Source: Dendrobates tinctorius (lineage: Eukaryota). Taken from it: a stretch of DNA of 64,000 bases. Location of the stretch: positions 10,664,001-10,728,000 of the forward strand of contig NW_027361924.1 in the NCBI RefSeq assembly GCF_039654945.1, given 5' to 3'. Shown here piece by piece: positions 53,137 through 64,000 of this stretch. The notes beneath the pieces were generated by a model. That model was not told the origin of the DNA, did no database searches, and saw only the letters and a list, made by a program, of their open reading frames with translations. The translations under genes were made by a program, and so were the position numbers. Position 1 is the stretch's first letter; every line of letters begins with the position of its first letter.

Positions 53137-54670
53137 AGAAGCTGCTCAGCAATTATCTGACGGTTTTAGGTCCGGTTTTTTCATCCCCTTTAAATTTAAC
53201 CAAGCACCAACATCAGCTAAGAATCTAAAATCAGCTCGGGAGTTCCCGGAGGTCTTACAGCAAAATATCATAAAAGAGGTCGAACTCGGCAGGATGGCGG
53301 GCCCATTTCAATCATTACCATTTAAAAATTTCAGGATTTCGCCCTTAGGTATTGTGCCCAAAAAAGAACCTGGTAAATATCGGCTAATTCACCATCTATC
53401 TTACCCTAAAGGCGATTCGGTCAACGACGCAATTCCCCCCGAAGACTCGTCGGTAACTTACGCGTCGTTCGACAGAGCAATTGAGCTTGTGCGAGCAGCG
53501 GGGCCCGGTGCCCTGTTGGCAAAGACCGATATAGAGTCAGCTTTCCGTCTATTACCCGTGCACCCCAAATGCTTTCATTTGTTGGGTTGTAAGGTGGACC
53601 AGCTTTTTTATTTCGACATATGCCTGCCCATGGGCTGCTCCATTTCCTGTCACTATTTCGAACTTTTCAGCACCTTCTTAGACTGGGTAATACGTCACGA
53701 AACAGGCAGCAATTCCACAATCCACTACCTCGATGATTTTTTGTTTGTGGGTCCAAAGGAATCTAAACTCTGTTCTTTTCTGCTTCAAAAGTTTAAATTT
53801 ATTTCTAGGCTTTTCGGTGTCCCACTATCGCCGGAGAAAACGCTCGGTCCGTGTACTGTTCTCCCTTTCCTTGGTATTGAAATAGACACAAACGAAATGA
53901 TTTTTCGTTTACCAGCGGATAAAATCGAAAAAACACTCCAAATGGTTAAAAGTTTCCTCGTGGTAAAGAAAGTCACCCTCCAGCAGATGCAGTCCTTACT
54001 AGGTTTACTCAACTTTGCTTGCCGGGTAATGCCGGTTGGCAGGGCTTTCTCACGCAGGTTATCACTAGCTACAAAGGGCATCGCCCAGCCGGGCCACCGA
54101 ATCAGAATTAATCGCTCAATGAGAGCGGATTTGTCCGTGTGGAATGCATTCTTGGAAAACTACAATGGGCATACATGTGTCATGTCTCAGGAAAGGCTAA
54201 ACAGCGCCCTAGGTCTACTGGTGGGCGCGGATCTCACAAATGGTTTTGTTGCAATCTACTGCAACCAATGGTGCAAAAGCAGATGGCCGGACATATGGAC
54301 CTCTGCCAACTGGGGCTGCAACCCCGTCTTGTGGGAGATGTTTGCTATAGTTACATCTGTCGAACTATGGGGTGACAAACTAAAAAATGTAAATCTCAGA
54401 TTTCTAATCAAAAATCCGGGAACCGCCAAATGCTTGAACAGTATGTCTTCCTCATCACCACCGATTCTTGCGCTGTCGCGCCGCCTTGCACTATTATGCC
54501 TTAGACACAACATCTGGTGCCGAGCCAGAGTGACGCCTACTGTGGATGATAAAATGGTTAACTCTCTGTTGTCTTCCGATTGGCAGGCCTTCAAAGTCTT
54601 CCTTCCCAGCGCAGAACCAACGGGCCTACTGTGTCCTCCCTCCCTCTGGGACACAGTGGCCAATCACTGA
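52964..54670 (+). CDS. DIRS-type reverse transcriptase + degenerate RNase H
   Basis: SPLGIVPKK..YRLIHHLS, KTDIESAFR, LPMG, YLDDF, FLGIEID, QSLLGLLNF; intact 568-aa ORF. Confidence 0.93.
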   Translation: MKETVAFRRHADIDIIVQPAVADTLHQGVHASQTQILRGKTPVSVAAMGPWLSLYPNKEAAQQLSDGFRSGFFIPFKFNQAPTSAKNLKSAREFPEVLQQNIIKEVELGRMAGPFQSLPFKNFRISPLGIVPKKEPGKYRLIHHLSYPKGDSVNDAIPPEDSSVTYASFDRAIELVRAAGPGALLAKTDIESAFRLLPVHPKCFHLLGCKVDQLFYFDICLPMGCSISCHYFELFSTFLDWVIRHETGSNSTIHYLDDFLFVGPKESKLCSFLLQKFKFISRLFGVPLSPEKTLGPCTVLPFLGIEIDTNEMIFRLPADKIEKTLQMVKSFLVVKKVTLQQMQSLLGLLNFACRVMPVGRAFSRRLSLATKGIAQPGHRIRINRSMRADLSVWNAFLENYNGHTCVMSQERLNSALGLLVGADLTNGFVAIYCNQWCKSRWPDIWTSANWGCNPVLWEMFAIVTSVELWGDKLKNVNLRFLIKNPGTAKCLNSMSSSSPPILALSRRLALLCLRHNIWCRARVTPTVDDKMVNSLLSSDWQAFKVFLPSAEPTGLLCPPSLWDTVANH

Positions 54671-55548
54671 TGCCCTTGATTCGAGCCTCAGTGACACCGG
54701 CTACCTTGGAGGTCTATGGTAAGGCATGGGAAGAGTGGTGCTCGCTAGTAAAAGGGAGGCCAGTTGATACGTGTGTTCGGGCGAGATGCGACGTGGTGGT
54801 AGAACTCCTGAATCTGCTCAAGAGTAGAGGTGCGTCGGGCACATTAGCGCAGCGTAATTTAACGGGAGTAGCCTTTTTCTTTCAGCTAATGGGATGGGCC
54901 GACGTAACTAAATATTTCTTCATAAAGCAAGCCGTTAAAGGCTGGAGAAGGCTCCAACCCAGTCAGGAATGTCGTCGCCCCGTTTCTTTAAGTCTGTTGC
55001 ACGATATTATAACAAAATCTGAAACGGTGTGCAAGTCTCAATACGAATCTGCCCTAATATCTACAGCGTTTGCAATCGCATTCTTCGGGGCGCTGAGGAT
55101 TAGTGAACTGGTGCCGCATTCTAAAACAGCACTAATAGGCGGGTTAATTAATGAGGATCTCGTAATATGCAGCGACGCTCTGCGCATTAGAGTGCGGAAA
55201 TCCAAATGCGATCCCACCGGTAGAGGGTCGTGGGTCCTGGTCAAGGCTCTAGAAGGCCCCATATGCCCTGTTAAAATAGTAAGACACTACGCGGTTATAA
55301 GACACGAAAGTCGTTTTTTCCTCTCACACACCGACGGGTCCCCACTTACTAAATATCAATTTCACACAATTTTTAAAAAATGTCTACAAGCTGTCGGTGT
55401 AGACCCCAAAGAATACGGAACGCATTCTTTTAGAATCGGAGCAGCCACTGAAGCAGCTAGGGCCGGTGCAGCTGAAGCTGAAGTACAGAGATTGGGTCGT
55501 TGGAAATCCGCATGCTTTGCGAGATACATAAGACCAGACCTGCTATAA
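54670..55548 (+). CDS. Tyrosine recombinase
   Basis: FFGALRISE (R), RKSK (K), HSFRIGAA (HxxR), GRW, RYIR (Y); the ATG overlaps the pol stop (TGATG). Confidence 0.93.
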   Translation: MPLIRASVTPATLEVYGKAWEEWCSLVKGRPVDTCVRARCDVVVELLNLLKSRGASGTLAQRNLTGVAFFFQLMGWADVTKYFFIKQAVKGWRRLQPSQECRRPVSLSLLHDIITKSETVCKSQYESALISTAFAIAFFGALRISELVPHSKTALIGGLINEDLVICSDALRIRVRKSKCDPTGRGSWVLVKALEGPICPVKIVRHYAVIRHESRFFLSHTDGSPLTKYQFHTIFKKCLQAVGVDPKEYGTHSFRIGAATEAARAGAAEAEVQRLGRWKSACFARYIRPDLL

Positions 55549-55567
55549 CACATCTTGTTTCTTACAG

Positions 55568-56163
55568 GAGATTATAAGCCCGCTGTTTGGGTGTTGGGAC
55601 ATTCTTTTATTTATTGGGCGTGCAAAAGAGCCGAGATACGCCCCGGTGGAAAGAATTTTTACTTCCCACAACTAGAGGTCAACTGGAGAGACATCCGAGG
55701 GCTCCAGTGGGAGCAGATCTTCCCGGAGTTGGTTAAAATTTCTAAATCGGCTAAAGGGCGGCTGATATTGGTATTACATGCTGGTGGTAATGATTTGTGC
55801 AAGACAACAGGAGCGGAGCTCTTCACGACAATGAAAACCGACATAAAGCGGGCTGTTTGTCTTATACCAGATATGGTGGTGGTGTGGTCTGATATAATAT
55901 CACGAACAGTCTGGCACGGAGCTAAAGACCCTAAAGCCATTGACAAGTCAAGGAGAAAGATAAACTCGAAAATGGCAAAGTTTGTCAAAGAGAACTTCGG
56001 CATCGTGGTTCACCACCACAATCTGGAAGAAAACATCTCACCCCTCCTGAGACCGGACGGCGTTCATCTAACAGATATCGGGCTAGATATGTTCTTATTA
56101 AACTTGCAGGACGGGGTTGAACAGGCCTTAATGATGTTGTGTGGGGGTCGGAGTCCTGTGTAG
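55568..56163 (+). CDS. SGNH/GDSL hydrolase (esterase) domain, probably a spliced exon
   Basis: Block I VLGHS, block II IRG, block III HAGGNDL, block V DGVHL; no ATG ahead of the catalytic Ser; acceptor tcttgtttcttacAG at 55567. Confidence 0.85.
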
Positions 56164-56411
56164 GTCATACACATGATCCTCCGTGGCGGTAGTGTAGAGG
56201 GGGGCAAGGTTCGTAACCTCTCATCAGCCGACGTGCCCAGCGGTCGCGGGCCTACAGCTGTGAGTCCGTTGCGAATTGTACTTGCCTCACTCTGCTTATT
56301 AATAAACTGTGACCGACCTGTTCAACCCATCCATGCTTGTCGGTGTTTTGTTATTACGGGATTGGTGGGAGGCGGGAAGGCACTGCTTACGACACACAGG
56401 TCTCTGCAGTC

Positions 56412-59400
56412 TGATACTGACTGTTGAGCCGTGTATCTAATCCTATCCTGTGTGATACTGACTGCTGAGCCGTGTATCTAATCCTATCCTGTGTGATACT
56501 GACTGCTGAGCCGTGTATCTAATCCTCTCCTGTGTGGTACTGACTGCTGAGCCGTGTATCTAATCCTCTCCTGTGTGATACTGACTGCTGAGCCGTGTAT
56601 CTAATCCTATCCTGTGTGATACTGACTGCTGAGCCGTGTATCTAATCCTCTCCTGTGTGGTACTGACTGCTGAGCCGTGTATCTAATCCTCTCCTGTGTG
56701 ATACTGACTGCTGAGCCGTGTATCTAATCCTCTCCTGTGTGATACTGACTGCTGAGCCGTGTATTTAATCCTCTCCTGTGTGGTACTGACTGCTGAGCCG
56801 TGTATCTAATCCTATCCTGTGTGATACTGACTGCTGAGCCGTGTATCTAATCCTCTCCTGTGTGATACTGACTGCTGAGCCGTGTATCTAATCCTCTCTT
56901 GTGTGATACTCTCTGCTGAGCCGTGTATCTAATCCTCTCCTGTGTGATACTGACTGCTGAGCCGTGTATCTAATCCTCTCCTGTGTGATACTGACTGCTG
57001 AGCCGTGTATCTAATCCTCTTCTGTGTGATACTGACTGCTGAGCCGTGTATCTAATCCTTTCCTGTGTGATACTGACTGCGGAGCCGTGTATCTAATCCT
57101 CTCCTGTGTGATACTGACTGCTGAGCCGTGTATCTAATCCTCTCCTGTGTGATACTGACTGCTGAGCCGTGTATCTAATCCTATCCTGTGTGATACTGAC
57201 TGCTGAGCCGTGTATCTAATCCTCTCCTGTGTGGTACTGACTGCTGAGCCGTGTATCTAATCCTCTCCTGTGTGATACTGACTGCTGAGCGTGTATCTAA
57301 TCCTCTCCTGTGTGATACTGACTGCTGAGCCGTGTATCTAATCCTCTCCTGTGTGATACTGACTGCTGAGCCGTGTATCTAATCCTCTCCTGTGTGGTAC
57401 TGACTGCTGAGCCGTGTATCTAATCCTATCCTGTGTGATACTGACTGCTGAGCCGTGTATCTAATCCTCTCCTGTGTGATACTGACTGCTGAGCCGTGTA
57501 TCTAATCCTCTCTTGTGTGATACTCTCTGCTGAGCCGTGTATCTAATCCTCTCCTGTGTGATACTGACTGCTGAGCCGTGTATCTAATCCTCTCCTGTGT
57601 GATACTGACTGCTGAGCCGTGTATCTAATCCTCTTCTGTGTGATACTGACTGCTGAGCCGTGTATCTAATCCTTTCCTGTGTGATACTGACTGTGGAGCC
57701 GTGTATCTAATCCTCTCCTGTGTGATACTGACTGCTGAGCCGTGTATCTAATCCTCTCCTGTGTGATACTGACTGCTGAGCCGTGTATTTAATCCTCTCC
57801 TGTGTGGTACTGACTGCTGAGCCATGTATCTAATCCTATCCTGTGTGATACTGACTGCTGAGCCGTGTATCTAATCCTCTCTTGTGTGATACTCTCTGCT
57901 GAGCCGTGTATCTAATCCTCTCCTGTGTGATACTGACTGCTGAGCCGTGTATCTAATCCTCTTCTGTGTGATACTGACTGCTGAACCGTGTATCTAATAC
58001 TTTCCTGTGTGATACTGACTGCGGAGCCGTGTATCTAATCCTCTCCTGTGTGATACTGACTGCTGAGCCGTGTATCTAATCCTCTCCTGTGTGATACTGA
58101 CTGCTGAGCCGTGTATCTAATCCTATCCTGTGTGATACTGACTGCTGAGCCGTGTATCTAATCCTCTCCTGTGTGGTACTGACTGCTGAGCCGTGTATCT
58201 AATCCTCTCCTGTGTGATACTGACTGCTGAGCGTGTATCTAATCCTCTCCTGTGTGATACTGACTGCTGAGCCATGTATCTAATCCTCTCCTGTGTGGTA
58301 CTGACTGCTGAGCCGTGTATCTAATCCTATCCTGTGTGATACTGACTGCTGAGCCGTGTATCTAATCCTCTCCTGTGTGATACTGACTGCTGAGCCGTGT
58401 ATCTAATCCTCTCTTGTGTGATACTCTCTGCTGAGCCGTGTATCTAATCCTCTCCTGTGTGATACTGACTGCTGAGCCGTGTATCTAATCCTCTCCTGTG
58501 TGATACTGACTGCTGAGCCGTGTATCTAATCCTCTTCTGTGTGATACTGACTGCTGAGCCGTGTATCTAATCCTTTCCTGTGTGATACTGACTGTGGAGC
58601 CGTGTATCTAATCCTCTCCTGTGTGATACTGACTGCTGAGCCGTGTATCTAATCCTCTCCTGTGTGATACTGACTGCTGAGCCGTGTATCTAATCCTATC
58701 CTGTGTGATACTGACTGCTGAGCCGTGTATCTAATCCTCTCCTGTGTGGTACTGACTGCTGAGCCGTGTATCTAATCCTCTCCTGTGTGATACTGACTGC
58801 TGAGCCGTGTATCTAATCCTCTCCTGTGTGATACTGACTGCTGAGCCGTGTATCTAATCCTCTCCTGTGTGATACTGACTGCTGAGCCGTGTATCTAATC
58901 CTCTTCTGTGTGATACTGACTGCTGAGCCGTGTATCTAATCCTTTCCTGTGTGATACTGACTGCGGAGCCGTGTATCTAATCCTATCCTGTGTGATACTG
59001 ACTGCTGAGCCGTGTATCTAATCCTCTCCTGTGTGATACTGACTGCTGAGCCGTGTATCTAATCCTCTTCTGTGTGATACTGACTGCTGAGCCGTGTATC
59101 TAATCCTTTCCTGTGTGATACTGACTGCGGAGCCGTGTATCTAATCCTCTCCTGTGTGATACTGACTGCTGAGCCGTGTATCTAATCCTCTTCTGTGTGA
59201 TACTGACTGCTGAGCCGTGTATCTAATCCTCTCCTGTGTGATACTGACTGCTGAGCCGTGTATCTAATCCTATCCTGTGTGATACTGACTGCTGAGCCGT
59301 GTATCTAATCCTCTCCTGTGTGGTACTGACTGCTGAGCCGTGTATCTAATCCTCTCCTGTGTGGTACTGACTGCTGAGCCGTGTATCTAATCCTATCCTG

Positions 59401-60425
59401 TGTGATACTGACTGCTGAGCCGTGTATCTAATCCTCTCCTGTGTGATACTGACTGCTGAGCCGTGTATCTAATCCTCTCTTGTGTGATACTCTCTGCTGA
59501 GCCGTGTATCTAATCCTCTCCTGTGTGATACTGACTGCTGAGCCGTGTATCTAATCCTCTCCTGTGTGATACTGACTGCTGAGCCGTGTATCTAATCCTC
59601 TCCTGTGTGATACTGACTGCTGAGCCGTGTATCTAATCCTCTTCTGTGTGATACTGACTGCTGAGCCGTGTATCTAATCCTTTCCTGTGTGATACTGACT
59701 GCGGAGCCGTGTATCTAATCCTCTCCTGTGTGATACTGACTGCTGAGCCGTGTATCTAATCCTCTCCTGTGTGATACTGACTGCTGAGCCGTGTATCTAA
59801 TCCTATCCTGTGTGATACTGACTGCTGAGCCGTGTATCTAATCCTCTCCTGTGTGGTACTGACTGCTGAGCCGTGTATCTGATCCTCTCCTGTGTGATAC
59901 TGACTGCTGAGCCGTGTATCTAATCCTCTCCTGTGTGATACTGACTGCTGAGCCGTGTATCTAATCCTATCCTGTGTGATACTGACTGCTGAGCCGTGTA
60001 TCTAATCCTCTCCTGTGTGATACTGACTGCTGAGCCGTGTATCTAATCCTCTCCTGTGTGGTACTGACTGCTGAGCCGTGTATCTAATCCTCTCCTGTGT
60101 GATACTGACTGCTGAGCCGTGTATCTAATCCTATCCTGTGTGATACTGACTGCTGAGCCGTGTATCTAATCCTCTCCTGTGTGATACTGACTGCTGAGCC
60201 GTGTATCTAATCCTCTCCTGTGTGATACTGACTGCTGAGCCGTGTATCTAATCCTATCCTGTGTGATACTGACTGCTGAGCCGTGTATCTAATCCTCTCC
60301 TGTGTGATACTGACTGCTGAGCCGTGTATCTAATCCTCTCCTGTGTGATACTGACTGCTGAGCCGTGTATCTAATCCTCTCCTGTGTGATACTGACTGCT
60401 GAGCCGTGTATCTAATCCTCTCCTG
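56412..60425. repeat. 41-bp satellite, right part
   Basis: Same unit as 45984-50377. Confidence 0.97.
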
Positions 60426-60760
60426 TGTGATACTGACTGCTGAGCTATGGCGCACTCTCCTGTCTCCTCTCCGGTCATTTGTCATGTTGTTGTGCCCTCC
60501 TGTTAATAAAGCTTTGTGAATCTTGCCTCTTTCCTGCCGCTGGAGCAGTGCAGCTTCGTCTCGTGACTGCAGTCTCGCGCTGCCGGTTGTTATGGGGACG
60601 AGCACTTCCTGTTTTCTCCCTCTTGGGGATTAGTAGGTCAGAGGTCAGCGGGGAGAGCGGAGCAGAAGAGGGAGACGCCGAGGACCGGTCAGTGACAGCA
60701 GCTAGGGCGTGTGACCACAAGGGGGCAGGTGACCTGAGTCTCCCAGCCTGCTGGGCTTTG
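60426..60760. promoter_or_regulatory. Small CpG-rich island; possible promoter or non-coding first exon
   Basis: Unique GC-rich sequence between satellites; ETS-like CACTTCCTG near 60604; donor-like CCG|GTCAGT near 60688. Confidence 0.35.
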
Positions 60761-60858
60761 TAGTTCTCCAGAGTGTTCAGGCTGTTATTAACACACATTA
60801 GTGTCATTTTATTTCACTCAGCAAATTATTTACATCCTACACAAGTGTACACAAATAA

Positions 60859-63800
60859 TACTGCCACATGGTGCTGAGACAGTAGTACAGAACCTAAATA
60901 CTGCCACATAGTGCGGAGACAGTAATACAGAGCCTAAATACTGTCACATAGTGCTGAGACAGTAGTACAGAGCCTAAATACTGCATATAGTGCTGAGACA
61001 GTAGTACAGAGCCTAAATACTGCCACATGGTGCTGAGACAGTAGTACAGAGCCTAAATACTGCCACATGGTGCTGAGACAGTAGTACAGAGCCTAAATAC
61101 TGCCACATGGTGCTGAGACAGTAGTACAGAGCCTAAATACTGCCACATGGTGCTGAGACAGTAGTACAGAGCCTAAATACTGCCACATGGTGCTGAGACA
61201 GTAGTACAGAGCCTAAATACTGCCATATGGTGCTGAGACAGTAGTACAGAGCCTAAATACTGCCACATGGTGCTGAGACAGTAGTACAGAGCCTAAATAC
61301 TGCCACATGGTGCTGAGACAGTAGTACAGAGCCTAAATACTGCCACATGGTGCTGAGACAGTAGTACAGAGCCTAAATACTGCCACATGGTGCTGAGACA
61401 GTAGTACAGAGCCTAAATACTGCCACATGGTGCTGAGACAGTAGTACAGAGCCTAAATACTGCCACATGGTGCTGAGACAGTAGTACAGAGCCTAAATAC
61501 TGCCACATGGTGCTGAGACAGTAGTACAGAGCCTAAATACTGCCACATAGTGCTGAGACAGTAGTACAGAGCCTAAATACTGCCACATGGTGCTGAGACA
61601 GTAGTACAGAGCCTAAATACTGCCACATGGTGCTGAGACAGTAGTACAGAGCCTAAATACTGCCACGTGGTGCTGAGACAGTAGTACAGAGCCTAAATAC
61701 TGCTACGTGGTGCTGAGACAGTAATACAGAGCCTAAATACTGCCACATGGTGCTGAGACAGTAATACAAAGCCTAAATACTGCCACATGGTGCTGAGACA
61801 GTAGTACAGAGCCTAAATACTGCTACGTGGTGCTGAGACAGTAGTACAGAGCCTAAATACTGCCACATGGTGCTGAGACAGTAGTACAGAGCCTAAATAC
61901 TGCCACATGGTGCTGAGACAGTAGTACAGAGCCTAAATACTGCCACATGGTGCTGAGACAGTAGTACAGAGCCTAAATACTGCCACATGGTGCTGAGACA
62001 GTAGTACAGAGCCTAAATACTGCCACGTGGTGCTGAGACAGTAGTACAGAGCCTAAATACTGCTACGTGGTGCTGAGACAGTAATACAGAGCCTAAATAC
62101 TGCCACATGGTGCTGAGACAGTAATACAAAGCCTAAATACTGCCACATGGTGCTGAGACAGTAGTACAGAGCCTAAATACTGCTACGTGGTGCTGAGACA
62201 GTAGTACAGAGCCTAAATACTGCCACATGGTGCTGAGACAGTAGTACAGAACCTAAAAACTGCCACATGGTGCTGAGACAGTAATACAGAGCCTAAATAC
62301 TGCCGCATGGTGCTGAGACAGTAGTACAGAGCCTAAATACTGCCACATGGTGCTGAGACAGTAGTACAGAGCCTAAATACTGCCATATGGTGCTGAGACA
62401 ATAGTACAGAGCCTAAATACTGCCACATGGTGCTGAGACAATAGTACAGAGCCTAAATACTGCCATATGGTGCTGAGACAATAGTACAGAGCCTAAATAC
62501 TGCCACATGGTGCTGAGACAGTAGTACAGAGCCTAAATACTGCCGCATTGTTCTGAGACAGTAGTACAGAGCCTAAATACTGCCATATGGTGCTGAGACA
62601 GTAGTACAGAGCCTAAATACTGCCACATGGTGCTGAGACAATAGAACAGAGCCTAAATACTGCCATATGGTGCTGAGACAATAGTACAGAGCCTATATAC
62701 TGCCACATGGTGCTGAGACAGTAGTACAGAGCCTAAATACTGCCGCATTGTGCTGAGACAGTAGTACAGAGCCTAAATACTGCCACATGGTGCTGAGACA
62801 GTATTACAGAGCCTAAATACTGCCACATGGTGCTGAGACAGTAGTACAGAGCCTAAATACTGCCACATTGTGCTGAGACAGTAGTACAGAGCCTAAATAC
62901 TGCCATATGGTGCTGAGACAATAGTACAGAGCCTAAATACTGCTACATGGTGCTGAGACAGTAGTACAGAGCCTAAATACTGCCATATGGTGCTGAGACA
63001 ATATTACAGAGTCTAAATACTACCACATGGTGCTGAGACAATAGTACAGAGCCTAAATACTGCCATATGGTGCTGAAACAATAGTACAGAGCCTAAATAC
63101 TGCCACATGGTGCTGAGACAATAGTACAGAGCCTAAATACTGCCATATGGTGCTGAGACAATAGTACAGAGCCTAAATACTGCCACATGGTGCTGAGACA
63201 GTAGTACAGAGCCTAAATACTGCCATATGGTGCTGAGACAATAGTACAGAGCCTAAATACTGCCACATGGTGCTGAGACCTTAGTACAGAGCCTAAATAC
63301 TGCCATATGGTGCTGAGACAATAGTACAGAGCCTAAATACTGCCACATGTTGCTGAGACAGTAGTACAGAGCCTAAATACTGTCACATAGTGCTGAGACA
63401 GTAGTACAGAGCCTAAATACTGCATATAGTGCTGAGACAGTAGTACAGAGCCTAAATACTGCCACATAGTGCTGAGACAGTAGTACAAGCCTAAATACTG
63501 CCACATGGTGCTGAGACAGTAGTACAGAGCCTAAATACTGCCACATGGTGCTGAGACAGTAGTACAGAGACTAAATACTGTCACATAGTGCTGAGACAGT
63601 AGTACAGAGCCTAAATACTGCATATAGGGCTGAGACAGTAGTACAGAGCCTAAATACTGCCACATAGTGCTGAGACAGTAGTACAAGCCTAAATACTGCC
63701 ACATAGTGCTGAGACAATAGTACAGAGCCTAAATACTGCCACATGGTGCTGAGACAGTAGTACAGAGCCTAAATACTGTCACATAGTGCTGAGACAGTAG

Positions 63801-64000
63801 TACAGAGCCTAAATACTGCATATAGTGCTGAGACAGTAGTACAGAGCCTAAATACTGCCACATAGTGCTGAGACAGTAGTACAGAGCCTAAATACTGCCA
63901 CATAGTGCTGAGACAATAGTACAGAGCCTAAATACTGCCACATAGTGCTAAGACAGTAGTACAGAGCCTAAATACTGCCACATAGTGCTGAGACAATAGT
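60859..64000. repeat. 40-bp satellite
   Basis: tactgccacatggtgctgagacagtagtacagagcctaaa units running to the window end. Confidence 0.97.

Larger units (their letters stand above)
50378..56411 (+). mobile_element. Tyrosine-recombinase retrotransposon (DIRS/Ngaro group) with an extra SGNH hydrolase ORF
   Basis: Order gag (CCCH/CCHC) - RT/RH - YR - SGNH; no TSD; degenerate terminal inverted similarity; AATAAA at 56301. Confidence 0.92.

Noticed and set aside
54580-55548. Phage integrase or bacterial contamination
   Set aside because: The YR is embedded in a gag-RT-YR retrotransposon contiguous with host satellite
45984-64000. CRISPR-like regular arrays (41 and 40 bp)
   Set aside because: Head-to-tail units without unique spacers; eukaryotic context; no cas genes

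Overview
Repeat-rich vertebrate genomic DNA, most likely a frog (inferred from intron-containing genes, anuran-style minisatellites and MITEs, and L2, Gypsy and tyrosine-recombinase retroelements). It contains two convergent, intact five-coding-exon NMRAL1 (HSCARG) paralogues. On the + strand, the promoter and first coding exon exist twice because of a minisatellite-bounded ~3.8 kb tandem duplication (ATG exons at 25317-25356 and 29123-29162; exons 2-5 at 33819-35204). The - strand gene is more divergent (45593-37647). Most of the window is tandem repeat (three different 30-bp families, plus 86-, 38/39-, 41- and 40-bp families). Three arrays host retroelements: a broken Gypsy with nested insertions (779-7460), a near full-length L2 LINE with a 2A-like motif and a duplicated 5' unit (10579-14713), and a DIRS/Ngaro-type tyrosine-recombinase retrotransposon (50378-56411). 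The last is the most interesting. It carries an ATG-less SGNH hydrolase ORF preceded by a splice acceptor that is phase-matched to a donor inside gag, which suggests an env-style spliced mRNA. Its RNase H domain appears to have lost its catalytic Asp residues within an intact pol ORF, and pol joins the recombinase ORF through a TGATG stop-start overlap. Almost all long ORFs in the supplied track that fall in arrays are translation artefacts of the repeats.
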